Source: an uncultured Bacteroidales bacterium
GTDB lineage: Bacteria; Bacteroidota; Bacteroidia; Bacteroidales; P3
Assembly (NCBI GenBank): GCA_946401725.1
Contig: CAMIVE010000001.1
Coordinates: 72,724-136,723, forward strand
Direction: 5' to 3'
DNA: 64,000 nucleotides
The notes under the pieces were generated by a model. The model saw nothing but the letters and a program-made list of their open reading frames with translations. It did no database searches and was not told the origin of the DNA. Within the stretch, counting starts at the first letter, position 1. Every line of letters starts with the position of its first letter. This document shows, piece by piece, positions 1 to 9,574 of this stretch. A program made the position numbers and the translations under genes.

Positions 1-1448
1 ACCCCATGGTTAATCAGATAGTTCGCCACCGACTGGGCACGCCGCTCAGAGAGTTTCTGGTTGTATTCGGCTGAACCCACACCGTCGGTGTGACCATACA
101 CCTCAATCACCATCTCTGGATAGTCGCGCATAAGGCTCAACAAGTCGAGCAACAGGTCCTCGGCATCGACAGGAACCGCATGGGAATTGAATGCGAAGTT
201 GATGTTGAACATACAGATGCGTTTGTTGCTGATGCTCATGCCCCGGTCAATCATGCCGTGGATCTCGAGAATCGAGTAGCATTCCTTCTGGCTGTAAGAT
301 TCCTTGCCGTCAGCAATGCCCGGATTGACATCGCGGTCTTTGTATTCTGTAACTTTTACCGTGTCGGTACGCACAATATACACCGTGTCGGTTGTCCGTA
401 TCGTGCGCGGTTGCGTCTCATTATTGCGGTCGTCGACAATGTGTACATCGCCTGTCACACGGACTTCTCCACTCACACGAACCTCTCCACCCGTGTTCGT
501 ATTGTTACCGACGTTGGAATTATAAAATGTGTTTTGGTTGTTTACACCATTGGAATTATCGCCTGCATTCGGATTGCTTTCCGGAGTCAGCTCATATCGG
601 GGCTCCTCCGGATCGTTGCGGTGCTGGTAGTACTGCGCATATTTGCCGTCGACAGGGACGGTCACACGCACACTCATCTCCCACCCCCTGTTCATACGGG
701 TACCTTTCCACAAAGCACTTCCAAGAAAACTATTGATAATCGTTGCGGGATTGGCCGTAGAGGCGTCGTTACGCAATTCGCGGTCTGAAAAGGTGTTGAC
801 CAGTCCGAAATTGTAGCCGCCTTCAATCGACAGGAACAGCGGTTTGCGACGCCTATCGATACGCCATTCCAATCCACCGCCCACCAACACACCGGCGTCA
901 TATTCCTTTAGGTTGGCCTTGCTGACAGGGATGTAGAGACCAGCCGGATAGTCGTAGTCTTCATAGCTCAACTGTCCGCCGACGGCAATATCGAAATGGG
1001 GGACCGCCATCAGGTAGGGAGCGAAACACCCACGGAAAGGCAGCCGGAACGTCAGCGGCAGTCGCACATCGACATAACGCGTCCGCAGGGTGTAACGCAC
1101 ATCCTCATACGAAAGCGAATCGCCACGCACCACATACGCCACCTCCGGACGCAACGACCACCACGGACTTCCAAGCGGCACCTGGAAGAATAGCGCGGCC
1201 ACCTCGCGGAACGATGGGTTGTGCTTATAGTTAGCCATTGAAGCGTCGGAATAAAGCAGCGACGGGATTCCCGCACCTGCACGGAATCCCAGCATCAAAC
1301 GCGGCCAGGTCACTGTCTTGGTCGTAACCGAGCTGTCGGGCGGGGTCACCATAGAGCCAGCACTGCGACGCCCGTTGTCGGCTTGGGCTGTATTGCCCAT
1401 ACCAGCCAACAAAGCCAGCAGGACAATCAGCGATAGCCGAAGAGACAT
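1..1448 (-). CDS. OmpA-family outer-membrane protein (C-terminus cut by the window edge)
   Basis: I translated the minus strand by hand from the ATG at 1448-1446. It gives a signal peptide (MSLRLSLIVLLALLAGMGNTAQA), a beta-barrel-like N-terminal half and a C-terminal OmpA motif (...EVYGHTDGVGSAEYNQKLSERRAQSVANYLINHG). The frame stays open to position 1. It is missing from the ORF track because there is no stop codon inside the window. Confidence 0.8.
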   Translation of the reverse strand, partial: MSLRLSLIVLLALLAGMGNTAQADNGRRSAGSMVTPPDSSVTTKTVTWPRLMLGFRAGAGIPSLLYSDASMANYKHNPSFREVAALFFQVPLGSPWWSLRPEVAYVVRGDSLSYEDVRYTLRTRYVDVRLPLTFRLPFRGCFAPYLMAVPHFDIAVGGQLSYEDYDYPAGLYIPVSKANLKEYDAGVLVGGGLEWRIDRRRKPLFLSIEGGYNFGLVNTFSDRELRNDASTANPATIINSFLGSALWKGTRMNRGWEMSVRVTVPVDGKYAQYYQHRNDPEEPRYELTPESNPNAGDNSNGVNNQNTFYNSNVGNNTNTGGEVRVSGEVRVTGDVHIVDDRNNETQPRTIRTTDTVYIVRTDTVKVTEYKDRDVNPGIADGKESYSQKECYSILEIHGMIDRGMSISNKRICMFNINFAFNSHAVPVDAEDLLLDLLSLMRDYPEMVIEVYGHTDGVGSAEYNQKLSERRAQSVANYLINHG

Positions 1449-1492
1449 TTTCTTATATATAGTATTAATACTCATCTTTCAACTTCCTGTTT

Positions 1493-2149
1493 TTATTTTC
1501 CAACCCTCACTCCTAGTCCGTCACCATCGACAAAAATACGCACAGTTCCCTCTTCTGCCAACGACGGGTCTGTGGTCGGACTTGCCGATTCCCTCTCCAG
1601 CATCACAAAAGCGTACTGGCAGTCGCGGAGCCCCTGCGAGGTCACCTTGCCCGAAATCAGTGTCGCTATCTTGCAACGCCATGAACCCGACGGACCCGCA
1701 ACATACTGAATGCAATAGACCGTGAAATAATCACCCGTTCCAATCACACGCGCCTGAACCGATTTGCCGACCACCGTGTCATTCTGACATTCACGATATT
1801 TCAACATACCTCTGGACTGCTGGTCGCTAAACGAGACGATGAGATCACTGAAATCAGTGATATGATAATTGTCCGACGCATAAAGGAGTTCCAACGGCGA
1901 AAGCTTGAAGGAGCCTTCCATTTGAGGCGGCTTACTGCCCGTATAAATGTGAAATCCATGTCCCGTCAACGCATATTGTACCGAGTCGGGAATCACGTCG
2001 CTCGGAATCATCTGTTGCGAATCGGGCAGCACAAGTGTCTCATCACCATCCTCTATACAGGATACAGGCAATAAAAGCACTAAGAATAAAGCACTTACAA
2101 AAGCAAGCCCGCTTATCTTTTTACCTATCATCATGATAATATTTTTCAA
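1493..2149 (-). CDS. Hypothetical lipoprotein, immediately upstream of the OmpA-like gene
   Basis: 218-aa ORF with a hydrophobic signal and a lipobox-like LLLPVSC. I recognise no catalytic motif. Confidence 0.6.
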   Translation of the reverse strand: MKNIIMMIGKKISGLAFVSALFLVLLLPVSCIEDGDETLVLPDSQQMIPSDVIPDSVQYALTGHGFHIYTGSKPPQMEGSFKLSPLELLYASDNYHITDFSDLIVSFSDQQSRGMLKYRECQNDTVVGKSVQARVIGTGDYFTVYCIQYVAGPSGSWRCKIATLISGKVTSQGLRDCQYAFVMLERESASPTTDPSLAEEGTVRIFVDGDGLGVRVGK

Positions 2150-2276
2150 TACAGCACTTTAACGTAAAATAAAAAAAAAGGTTTCATTTTTTTTGCGCCT
2201 CATCATCTGGGAACCGAAATACTTTTTTTCACGATAATCCGTTATGAATGTTAAACGGACAATACATAATACGCCC

Positions 2277-3743
2277 ATGAAATACAAAGTACTATTCTTT
2301 CTCCTGCTCTTTTTTGGCAGTCTCCAGGCCCAACAGACCCAAACCGAACGGCTCCGCAACCACCTCTACCTGCTGGCCTCCGACAGTCTCGAAGGAAGGA
2401 TGGCTGGAAGCAACGGTGGCTTGAAAGCTCGCCAATACCTGTTGAAGCAATACCAGGCGATGGGTCTCGAGCCCTATCGCGACAAATACATCCACACTTT
2501 CAAGGCCTCAAACCAGGCGATGATATTGGGTGCCGGCATCAATAACGAGCTGGCAAATATCGTCATGGTAATCCCCGGCAACGACCCCGAGCTGAAGGAG
2601 GAATACATCGTCCTCGGCGCTCACTACGATCATGTGGGCGTTAAAAACGGGAAGATACACAACGGTGCCGACGACAACGCCTCCGGTTCCTCCGCCCTGG
2701 TCGAGATCGCCCGTCAGATCTACGCCCACCGTGACCAACTGAAACGCACCGTCATCATTGCCGCCTTTGACGCCGAGGAGGAAGGGCTTTTCGGATCCAA
2801 AGCACTGGTCAACTACATGGACGCCAACGGAGATATCAAGAAAGTCAAACTCATGATGAGCATCGACATGGTGGGCTGGCTCTCCACCGGCGGCGCCCTC
2901 TCGTTAGAAGGCAGCTCGACACTGAAGGATGTTGACAACTTCTTGCACCAACTGGGCGAAAAGAAAGGCATCACCATACGCACCAAATCCTTCGAGAACT
3001 CCATCATGACGGCAACCGACACCGAACCCTTCGCCAAAGCGGGATGCCCCACGCTAGCTGTGACAACGGGATTGAAATCCCCCTACCACAAGCCCGAAGA
3101 CGATGCCGACCTTATTGACTACGACGGTTTGAATCTGATTTGCAACTATATCGCCGAACTCACTTTAGGCTTGGCTGCCGACAACCCGCCACTGGTCTCC
3201 AGCCAGCGCCTGGCTGCCAAACATCAAAATCATTTGCGTCCATTTGAGATAGGACTCTCCCTTGGCTTCGGCAGAGCAGGATTCCGTTATCCTGGCTCCG
3301 CATTCTACGGCAAGACTGGACTCGAAGGACATATAGGAATAACCACCCGACTCAATTACAAACGATGGTCTCTCCAAGCCGAAGCGCTGTACAATATCGA
3401 AAGGATGCCAAAACCGAACCTAGACGGTACGGTCAGCGATGTATTTGGCAACTACAGCAAAGAGACCCATTCAAGCCTTTTTGTCCCCGTTTCGTTGCTA
3501 TGGAACGTGACAGCATCAGGGTTGTTCTATCTTGGTGCTGGAGCCAACTACCGTCTCTTACTGAACCACACAGACATCTACCACTCCAACCTGTGGGGTT
3601 TCCATTACACATTCGGTTTCAAGTTAGGGCAACTGAAAATCTCCGTAATGAAGATTTTCCAATTGACGCCCTATTATATTGACAACACCAAACCCAAGAC
3701 CAAATCACTTCAAGGCGGAATCACCCTCACCTACATGCTATGA
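2277..3743 (+). CDS. M28-family aminopeptidase with a C-terminal beta-barrel-like extension
   Basis: Motifs LGAHYDHVG, NGADDNASGSSALVEIAR and AAFDAEEEGLFGS are typical M28 Zn-ligand blocks. The signal peptide starts at MKYKVLFFLLLFF (2277), and the track ORF offers an alternative ATG at 2244. The last ~170 aa show alternating hydrophobic strands. Confidence 0.8.
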   Translation: MKYKVLFFLLLFFGSLQAQQTQTERLRNHLYLLASDSLEGRMAGSNGGLKARQYLLKQYQAMGLEPYRDKYIHTFKASNQAMILGAGINNELANIVMVIPGNDPELKEEYIVLGAHYDHVGVKNGKIHNGADDNASGSSALVEIARQIYAHRDQLKRTVIIAAFDAEEEGLFGSKALVNYMDANGDIKKVKLMMSIDMVGWLSTGGALSLEGSSTLKDVDNFLHQLGEKKGITIRTKSFENSIMTATDTEPFAKAGCPTLAVTTGLKSPYHKPEDDADLIDYDGLNLICNYIAELTLGLAADNPPLVSSQRLAAKHQNHLRPFEIGLSLGFGRAGFRYPGSAFYGKTGLEGHIGITTRLNYKRWSLQAEALYNIERMPKPNLDGTVSDVFGNYSKETHSSLFVPVSLLWNVTASGLFYLGAGANYRLLLNHTDIYHSNLWGFHYTFGFKLGQLKISVMKIFQLTPYYIDNTKPKTKSLQGGITLTYML

Positions 3744-3832
3744 GCAACGGAATCATCTGGGCAGTAGTCTGCGCCCTCATCTGGACCGCCGGTATGATCT
3801 ACTTCGACTGGCGGAAGGGAAAGAAGAAGTAA
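3740..3832 (+). CDS. Possible 30-aa single-TM micro-protein overlapping the M28 stop codon
   Basis: The ATG at 3740 overlaps the TGA at 3741-3743 (cTATGA). It reads MSNGIIWAVVCALIWTAGMIYFDWRKGKKK*, a hydrophobic helix with a basic tail. Confidence 0.35.
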   Translation: MSNGIIWAVVCALIWTAGMIYFDWRKGKKK

Positions 3833-3868
3833 ATTATATTTGATCTAGAAAAGAAAAAACACTGTTAT

Positions 3869-4378
3869 ATGAAAAACTTATCAATCATTTTATTGGGTCT
3901 GTCAGGATTCCTTGTTTGTCTCCCCATGAAGGGGTGGGCACAGATTCCCCCTGCGAGCGACCCACACTGCGCCTACTGCAATGTAAACCTGAAAACAGGC
4001 GAAGCCCATAAGAAAGGTTGCAAATATTATACCGAACCCAAAGAAGAGGATTCCTCTACCAACAACTTCTCTTCAAGCATCTCTTCGGGCGCCGCGTCGA
4101 CCAATCCTGACGGCATCAACCCCAAAATGCCGTTCAAGGACGGACGATGCCCCCAATGCGGCAAGTCCGTCCCCGGCGGCTCGTATATCAACAGCGAGAA
4201 CAGCCACAGCGGCTGCCTGTTGGGCGAGGCCATCTGGAAATACTGGCATTACCAGGAGCTATGGAGCAAAGCCAAAAAGAAAAAAGACGAGACTGAAGCC
4301 TGGAGCAAGATGAAAGACGCAGAAGCAGAAATCCTGAGAGTGGCGGAGGAGGCGCTGAAAAAAGGCAATCCGAGATAA
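3869..4378 (+). CDS. Hypothetical secreted protein with two CxxC pairs
   Basis: 169-aa ORF with a signal peptide, CAYC...C and CPQC...C spacing, and a K/E-rich helical tail. Confidence 0.55.
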   Translation: MKNLSIILLGLSGFLVCLPMKGWAQIPPASDPHCAYCNVNLKTGEAHKKGCKYYTEPKEEDSSTNNFSSSISSGAASTNPDGINPKMPFKDGRCPQCGKSVPGGSYINSENSHSGCLLGEAIWKYWHYQELWSKAKKKKDETEAWSKMKDAEAEILRVAEEALKKGNPR

Positions 4379-4419
4379 TCCTTGCCGCAAGTAAATAAAG
4401 CCAGCCTATCTAGGGAGAA

Positions 4420-6633
4420 TCAATTGTAGGCATGGATGCCGCCAAGAAGGAAATTCACACCGAAATAGGTAACAATAACACTGAAGAAGGCGAGGACACA
4501 AAAGAGATGGAACCCCCGCAGACGCGACCCGTCACGGAATAACAACAGCGCGTTAAGATAGATTATCAACGTAATGAGTGCCCACACCTCCTTAGGATCC
4601 CACGACCAGTAGTTACCCCATGAAATGTTGGCCCACAAGGCACCTATCACTATGCCTATCGCCAGCAGCATCACAGCAGGATACAGCATCAACAAACCGG
4701 TGCGCTTAGCTTCCTTTGCCCTGTGTGGCATCAGCAGACCCCCTATCCCGTTGAGCATAACAATAAAGAAGAGCGCATAGGAAATCATGATAACCGTGAC
4801 ATGAAGTGTCAGCAGCGGCGAACTGAGGACAGGCATGAGATGCGTCATGGGTGGGTTGGAACCGCTCATCATGGCGACCAACTGGCAGAAACCGATGGCT
4901 AGCAGCCCCGATGGAACTATGGCACCTGTTTTCGTATTTCGGAAATTGAATTTTGTAATGGCAGCCATTGCTACAACAGTCACTCCTATGGCTATCGACA
5001 TGAGATTCATACTGTCGAATCCGCCAGCCATAGGGATATGACCTCCCGCAATCCATCGCAATGCGAAAATGAGGATAAGGAAAAGTGTCACTACTAAGAC
5101 AACAACGAAAGCGGACCATTCAACCCACTGAGAGCCCTTGCCTCCCCTGCCCGAACGGAACACGGTCACTACAAACGACAGAAGTCCTAAAAAAAGCAGC
5201 ACCATGGGAAGCCAACGTCCCGTGGTGAGTTTGTTATAGAGTCGTTCTGCTTGGTATTGCGACACAGAAGGCAAAGCCTGTGCGCCCTTTTTCTGCTGGT
5301 ATTTAAGTGTCTTTTCAAAAACCGACTCCAAATTCTTGTAATCGCCGGAGACCACCAGTTCCTGACAATAGCTGAGTTGCTTGCGGATGAAGAAATAGTC
5401 ATCATCCGGTGTATTGAAAGGAAGATCGTCATTCTGTGCATACCAACCCAAGGCTCCCGTGCTGTCTGCGACGGGAAATAGTTTGGGCATCTTACCGCCC
5501 GAAAGCATCTGGACAAGACTGTATTTTTCGCCAGCGGCACGAAGGTTCTTGCTTTGCATAGTTGAATTGGCACCGGGCATCGCTCCCATATTGCCGCCCA
5601 TCGGCTGCCGCTGCTGAAAGACGTCGGGGTGCTGCAGAAAATCATCGTAGCAGGCATAGGCACCGTCGACACCGAGCAGTTTGCGCACATCGTCGCCTTT
5701 GACCTTAATCATCGGTTCCCTTTCCCATTCGCTGAAATAGAACACCCAGCCGCTGAACACCTGTTCCGGCGACAAGCCTTTGTAGCTCGCTTTACCGTAG
5801 AGTTTGGTGGTGAAATCCTTTGCCAATGTCTGCAACGGACAGACACGTCCTTTGTAAAGCACATACATCCGACCCATCTTGTCGGCAGTGGCCTTGGGTA
5901 ATGTTTTCGGAGTATTGCCTGCCGTTGCCGCAGCAATGCCGACAAGCAACAATAGTACAACGGCTGTCGGTTTCATCAACTGACGGAAACGGGATTGGGG
6001 CGACAATAACAGGAGGACAATGCCCAATCCCATGAGAAGGTATCCTGCATAGGTGAATCCAATGCCCCATGGGTCATGGGCGACACTAAGGGTTGAATTG
6101 CCCGCTTCGTCATAGTCTTCCTGATAGAAACGATAACCGTCACGACGAAGGATATTGTTCATCGACACAACAACCGGCGTACCGTCCACGGAAAGACGGC
6201 TTACAAAATCCATTGGGGTGTGGGTTCCAGGATAGGATTCCACCTCGAATCGCTCCAAGGTAAGGGAGAATGGCAGTTCCACCGTATTACCCTTGTCGGT
6301 GGTATAAGTGTTGATAGGAACACCTGGCTGCAGCGTAAGACTTCCGTGGCTGCCAGTCTCTGCCGTCAGTGCGCCTCCGGCGAGCATCAGTACCACAGAC
6401 CCATAAAGCATCAGGCGATAGGGCGTATGCCACAAGCGTTGCTTGACAATTGCGTAAATGGCGAAGATGCCGACAAGCGCCATCAACAAAAAAAACCACC
6501 ACGCCCCATAGATGTGCGTTGTGGCAAATTCGTTTCCATGGTATTTCTCAACGATAGTGCCGGCGGCAAGAACAGCCACCAGCACCACCGAGAGAAGTTC
6601 AACACCTATTTTCTCTCCCTTTTTCAATTCCAT
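4420..6633 (-). CDS. ccsBA: System II cytochrome c synthetase, fused CcsB/CcsA (ResB/ResC-like)
   Basis: 737-aa polytopic protein. The C-terminal part carries the WWD haem-handling motif (WGNYWSWDPKEVWALITLIIY) and conserved His residues in flanking TM segments. Confidence 0.8.
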   Translation of the reverse strand: MELKKGEKIGVELLSVVLVAVLAAGTIVEKYHGNEFATTHIYGAWWFFLLMALVGIFAIYAIVKQRLWHTPYRLMLYGSVVLMLAGGALTAETGSHGSLTLQPGVPINTYTTDKGNTVELPFSLTLERFEVESYPGTHTPMDFVSRLSVDGTPVVVSMNNILRRDGYRFYQEDYDEAGNSTLSVAHDPWGIGFTYAGYLLMGLGIVLLLLSPQSRFRQLMKPTAVVLLLLVGIAAATAGNTPKTLPKATADKMGRMYVLYKGRVCPLQTLAKDFTTKLYGKASYKGLSPEQVFSGWVFYFSEWEREPMIKVKGDDVRKLLGVDGAYACYDDFLQHPDVFQQRQPMGGNMGAMPGANSTMQSKNLRAAGEKYSLVQMLSGGKMPKLFPVADSTGALGWYAQNDDLPFNTPDDDYFFIRKQLSYCQELVVSGDYKNLESVFEKTLKYQQKKGAQALPSVSQYQAERLYNKLTTGRWLPMVLLFLGLLSFVVTVFRSGRGGKGSQWVEWSAFVVVLVVTLFLILIFALRWIAGGHIPMAGGFDSMNLMSIAIGVTVVAMAAITKFNFRNTKTGAIVPSGLLAIGFCQLVAMMSGSNPPMTHLMPVLSSPLLTLHVTVIMISYALFFIVMLNGIGGLLMPHRAKEAKRTGLLMLYPAVMLLAIGIVIGALWANISWGNYWSWDPKEVWALITLIIYLNALLLFRDGSRLRGFHLFCVLAFFSVIVTYFGVNFLLGGIHAYN

Positions 6634-6722
6634 TTTCCAATGAATTAAGTAACAATAATAATTACAAGGTATTGACTATACGTCAAGTGTTTTTTACGTG
6701 CACGTTAAATGTCAAACCTTAC

Positions 6723-8303
6723 TTAAATAGCATTTATAAACTTCACAACCGCGTCGCGATCCTCCTTGGAAAGCTTGCGGAATTTCTCGACCGTCCAACG
6801 GGCATCACTTCCCGGACAACCATGCCACATAATGGCTTCAATCACATTACGGGCACGGGCATCGTGGAGACGGTCACCGTGACCACTACAGATGGGCGAC
6901 AGCCCACGTCCCCACAGCGGGGTGGTACGGCACCAACCGGTGCGAATGTCGTTGACCATTTTCAGACGATGCTGGATAAAGTCACTGTAAGGCCAGATTT
7001 TCTGATAGGGATAACGCGGCAGACGTGCATCGGCGGTTGAGAAGAATCCCGTGGGGTCAGTGAATTCGTCAGGACCCGTTGTCCAGCTGGGACGGTGGCA
7101 GGTGGCACATCCCATGTCGCGGAATAGTTTGCGGCCACGCTGCACATCGGCATCTGCCAAATTACGGGCAGCAGGAACAGCCAATCCGCGGTGCCAAATC
7201 ATGAAGTTGACATAATCCTGGTCGCTCATCTCAGCAGGCAAGGTATCACACATCAGGTAGTTGTAGATGTCGGTTTCAGGATTTCCCGTCTTGTTCCATT
7301 CAGGGAAATAATGGTAGAAATCGGCTTGCACCTCAGGATCCTGCGATGCGGTGACAGCATAAATGATTTTGTTGAGACTAAGATAGTGGCTGCGCTTGTT
7401 GCTGCGGGTCACGTTGGGGATATTCCAGATGGCATTGCTGCCGGGGGCGTCCTGTAGCGGTCCGCGGCTAAGAGCATAGGTAAAACGTTTAGGATGGGTC
7501 GTGTTGCCATAATAGGCAGTTGGAGCCCAATCGTTGCCTGCCCAGAAGGCGGGGTTGAGATCGGCACCCGCCTCATATTCTTTCTGATACTGGGCTTTGA
7601 GGGAATCGTCCGGGATAGCGTCAATCAGACCGGTTCCGTAGATGCCGATGGTAGTTTCAAGCCGAAAACCCAGTTTACCGTAACTGACAGCCAAAGGAGC
7701 ATAGAATGCATCCTCGGGAATAGTAACTTCAGGGTAGATAAGGCTGTAGCTTTCGCCATCGTCGAATTTGTTGCCCCATTCGTCGGTGTAGTTGAGCCAG
7801 GCAATCTGGATTTTATTCTCATCGATGGACGGTTTGAAGGGAGCGACCGCTTTGGTTTGAGGCATGCCCGCCACAGAAGTCTCGTAGGGTTCGCTAGGAT
7901 TACTCTTGTCATAAACCACAAGCAGGTAACCGTTGCCCCAGTCATCGGCGCGATAGCGTTCCATGCGACGTCCGTGACCGTAACCTGGATGGCAGCTTTC
8001 GCACGAGGAACGCACATAGAGGGGACCCAAGCCGTTGAAGGGCGGGTTGTTCTGTGTGATGGTGTGCTCGAAAAAGAACTCGCCATACTTGAAAGCGGTA
8101 GCCATACCAGCCTGTTCGCAAGCCGGAGTGGGATCCTCATAGGCCGATGCCGACTGGTTGAAAGTGGTGCCCAATCGTCCACCGGCATAGGTTTCCTCAT
8201 CGATGGCATCGTTGTTGAACTCCTCAGGCTCTTCTTCCTTGCAGGAGGTGAGGACTGCCGTCATGAGGAAAAAGGAAAATAGACATGTAATTTTATTTTT
8301 CAT
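6723..8303 (-). CDS. Di-haem cytochrome c peroxidase-like lipoprotein (DUF1111-type)
   Basis: Lipobox LTSC and two CxxCH haem-binding motifs (CESCHPG and CATCHRP). The length and its position beside an imelysin gene match the DUF1111/imelysin gene pair. Confidence 0.75.
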   Translation of the reverse strand: MKNKITCLFSFFLMTAVLTSCKEEEPEEFNNDAIDEETYAGGRLGTTFNQSASAYEDPTPACEQAGMATAFKYGEFFFEHTITQNNPPFNGLGPLYVRSSCESCHPGYGHGRRMERYRADDWGNGYLLVVYDKSNPSEPYETSVAGMPQTKAVAPFKPSIDENKIQIAWLNYTDEWGNKFDDGESYSLIYPEVTIPEDAFYAPLAVSYGKLGFRLETTIGIYGTGLIDAIPDDSLKAQYQKEYEAGADLNPAFWAGNDWAPTAYYGNTTHPKRFTYALSRGPLQDAPGSNAIWNIPNVTRSNKRSHYLSLNKIIYAVTASQDPEVQADFYHYFPEWNKTGNPETDIYNYLMCDTLPAEMSDQDYVNFMIWHRGLAVPAARNLADADVQRGRKLFRDMGCATCHRPSWTTGPDEFTDPTGFFSTADARLPRYPYQKIWPYSDFIQHRLKMVNDIRTGWCRTTPLWGRGLSPICSGHGDRLHDARARNVIEAIMWHGCPGSDARWTVEKFRKLSKEDRDAVVKFINAI

Positions 8304-8326
8304 AAGGAAAGAAGGTTAGATGGGTT

Positions 8327-9484
8327 TTACAGTTTTCTCAGCATTTCGTTGACTTCGGAGAAGAGTGCGTCGACAGCGGCACAGGCCTCCATGGCGTCGC
8401 CACAGGCAGCACTGGTATAGTTGTTGACAAACGGGGTCGGCATGGCATTGATTTTTGCCAATGCGTTCTCAATGGCAGCGACGACACGTGCATCGAGGTC
8501 GGCATCGTTATCTTTCACAAACTTGTGCAGCGACTTGCTCTCGTCGCGCTGGCCTTCAATACCACCCATATAGGCATTCTGGATGCTGATGATGTTGTCA
8601 TAGAAATCGACAATGGATTTCTGGCTATAGGGTGACTCGATATAGTTGACATCCTCACCGGTATGCGGAGCACCGATTTTAGAGGTACCTACCTCGTCTG
8701 CGATGGTCTTGCAACCGTCGACTATAGCCATCAGCGCTACAATACGGCTGGAATAGGTACTACCACTGTTGCCTGCCTTTTTCATATTCTCGCCGTAACT
8801 AAGATCGCCACTGGCCACCGTATAAGGCAGTTCCAATTCGTCCAGCTTGGCAATATGGTTTGCAGGAGCCTTGTCGCCTGCCCAGCTGACCTCCAACTGG
8901 TAGCAACGGTTGCGCAAATCGCCAGCCACAGCCACAGCATAAATAAGGTCGTTCTCGCTCAACGAAGAAGCCGGTTTGGGTTGACCATCGGCAAAAAGGA
9001 TGTATTCGATACCGTGGAAACCCAGCAGAGCATTGCCCAGATTGTTGCCTGCCACTTCATCACCATCCTCACCGTCGAGGGCAGCAATCATAGCGGGACT
9101 GTTCATCAACGTATTGAAGGCATTGACATCCAAGGGCCAACTGTCGATATGCGGGTCGATGCCGAAATCGCCAGCGGCGCCGAAAAGAAACGCCTCGCTC
9201 TTCTCCCACCAGGAACGAGCTTCGAGGAAGGTTGCACAAACTGCCTGCACGTTGGCATTGGTTGGATTAGCCTTCAATGTTTTCAACTGTTCCACAAGCA
9301 GTTCTGTTTTTTCAGCAAGGTTAGTGTAGGTTGGGACAACCGTGTGGTCGACAAACTGAGCTGCCACGGTGGCAGCGTTTTCATCGTCGAACTCCCCTTC
9401 GTTGTTGTCTTTGCAGGAGGTGAAGTTGAGTGTGACAGCGACCAAAGCTGCCATCAAACCAATTTTAAAAAAGTTGTGTTTCAT
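8327..9484 (-). CDS. Imelysin-family (peptidase M75-like / IrpA-like) lipoprotein
   Basis: Lipobox NFTSC, a GxHxxE-type motif (GFHGIEYILF) and a two-lobed helical repeat composition. Confidence 0.7.
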   Translation of the reverse strand: MKHNFFKIGLMAALVAVTLNFTSCKDNNEGEFDDENAATVAAQFVDHTVVPTYTNLAEKTELLVEQLKTLKANPTNANVQAVCATFLEARSWWEKSEAFLFGAAGDFGIDPHIDSWPLDVNAFNTLMNSPAMIAALDGEDGDEVAGNNLGNALLGFHGIEYILFADGQPKPASSLSENDLIYAVAVAGDLRNRCYQLEVSWAGDKAPANHIAKLDELELPYTVASGDLSYGENMKKAGNSGSTYSSRIVALMAIVDGCKTIADEVGTSKIGAPHTGEDVNYIESPYSQKSIVDFYDNIISIQNAYMGGIEGQRDESKSLHKFVKDNDADLDARVVAAIENALAKINAMPTPFVNNYTSAACGDAMEACAAVDALFSEVNEMLRKL

Positions 9485-9574
9485 TATGAGAAGATTTTTA
9501 AATTATTAATTCAACAGTTTAAAAAATAAAGAGATACAGTTGGAAAGGTTTGAAAGGTATGGGTCGGATTGGTT

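Noticed and set aside
90-788. A 232-aa plus-strand ORF at the left edge.
   Set aside because: It is antisense to the OmpA-family gene, whose minus-strand translation I could read continuously from 1448 to 1 with a clear OmpA C-terminal motif.
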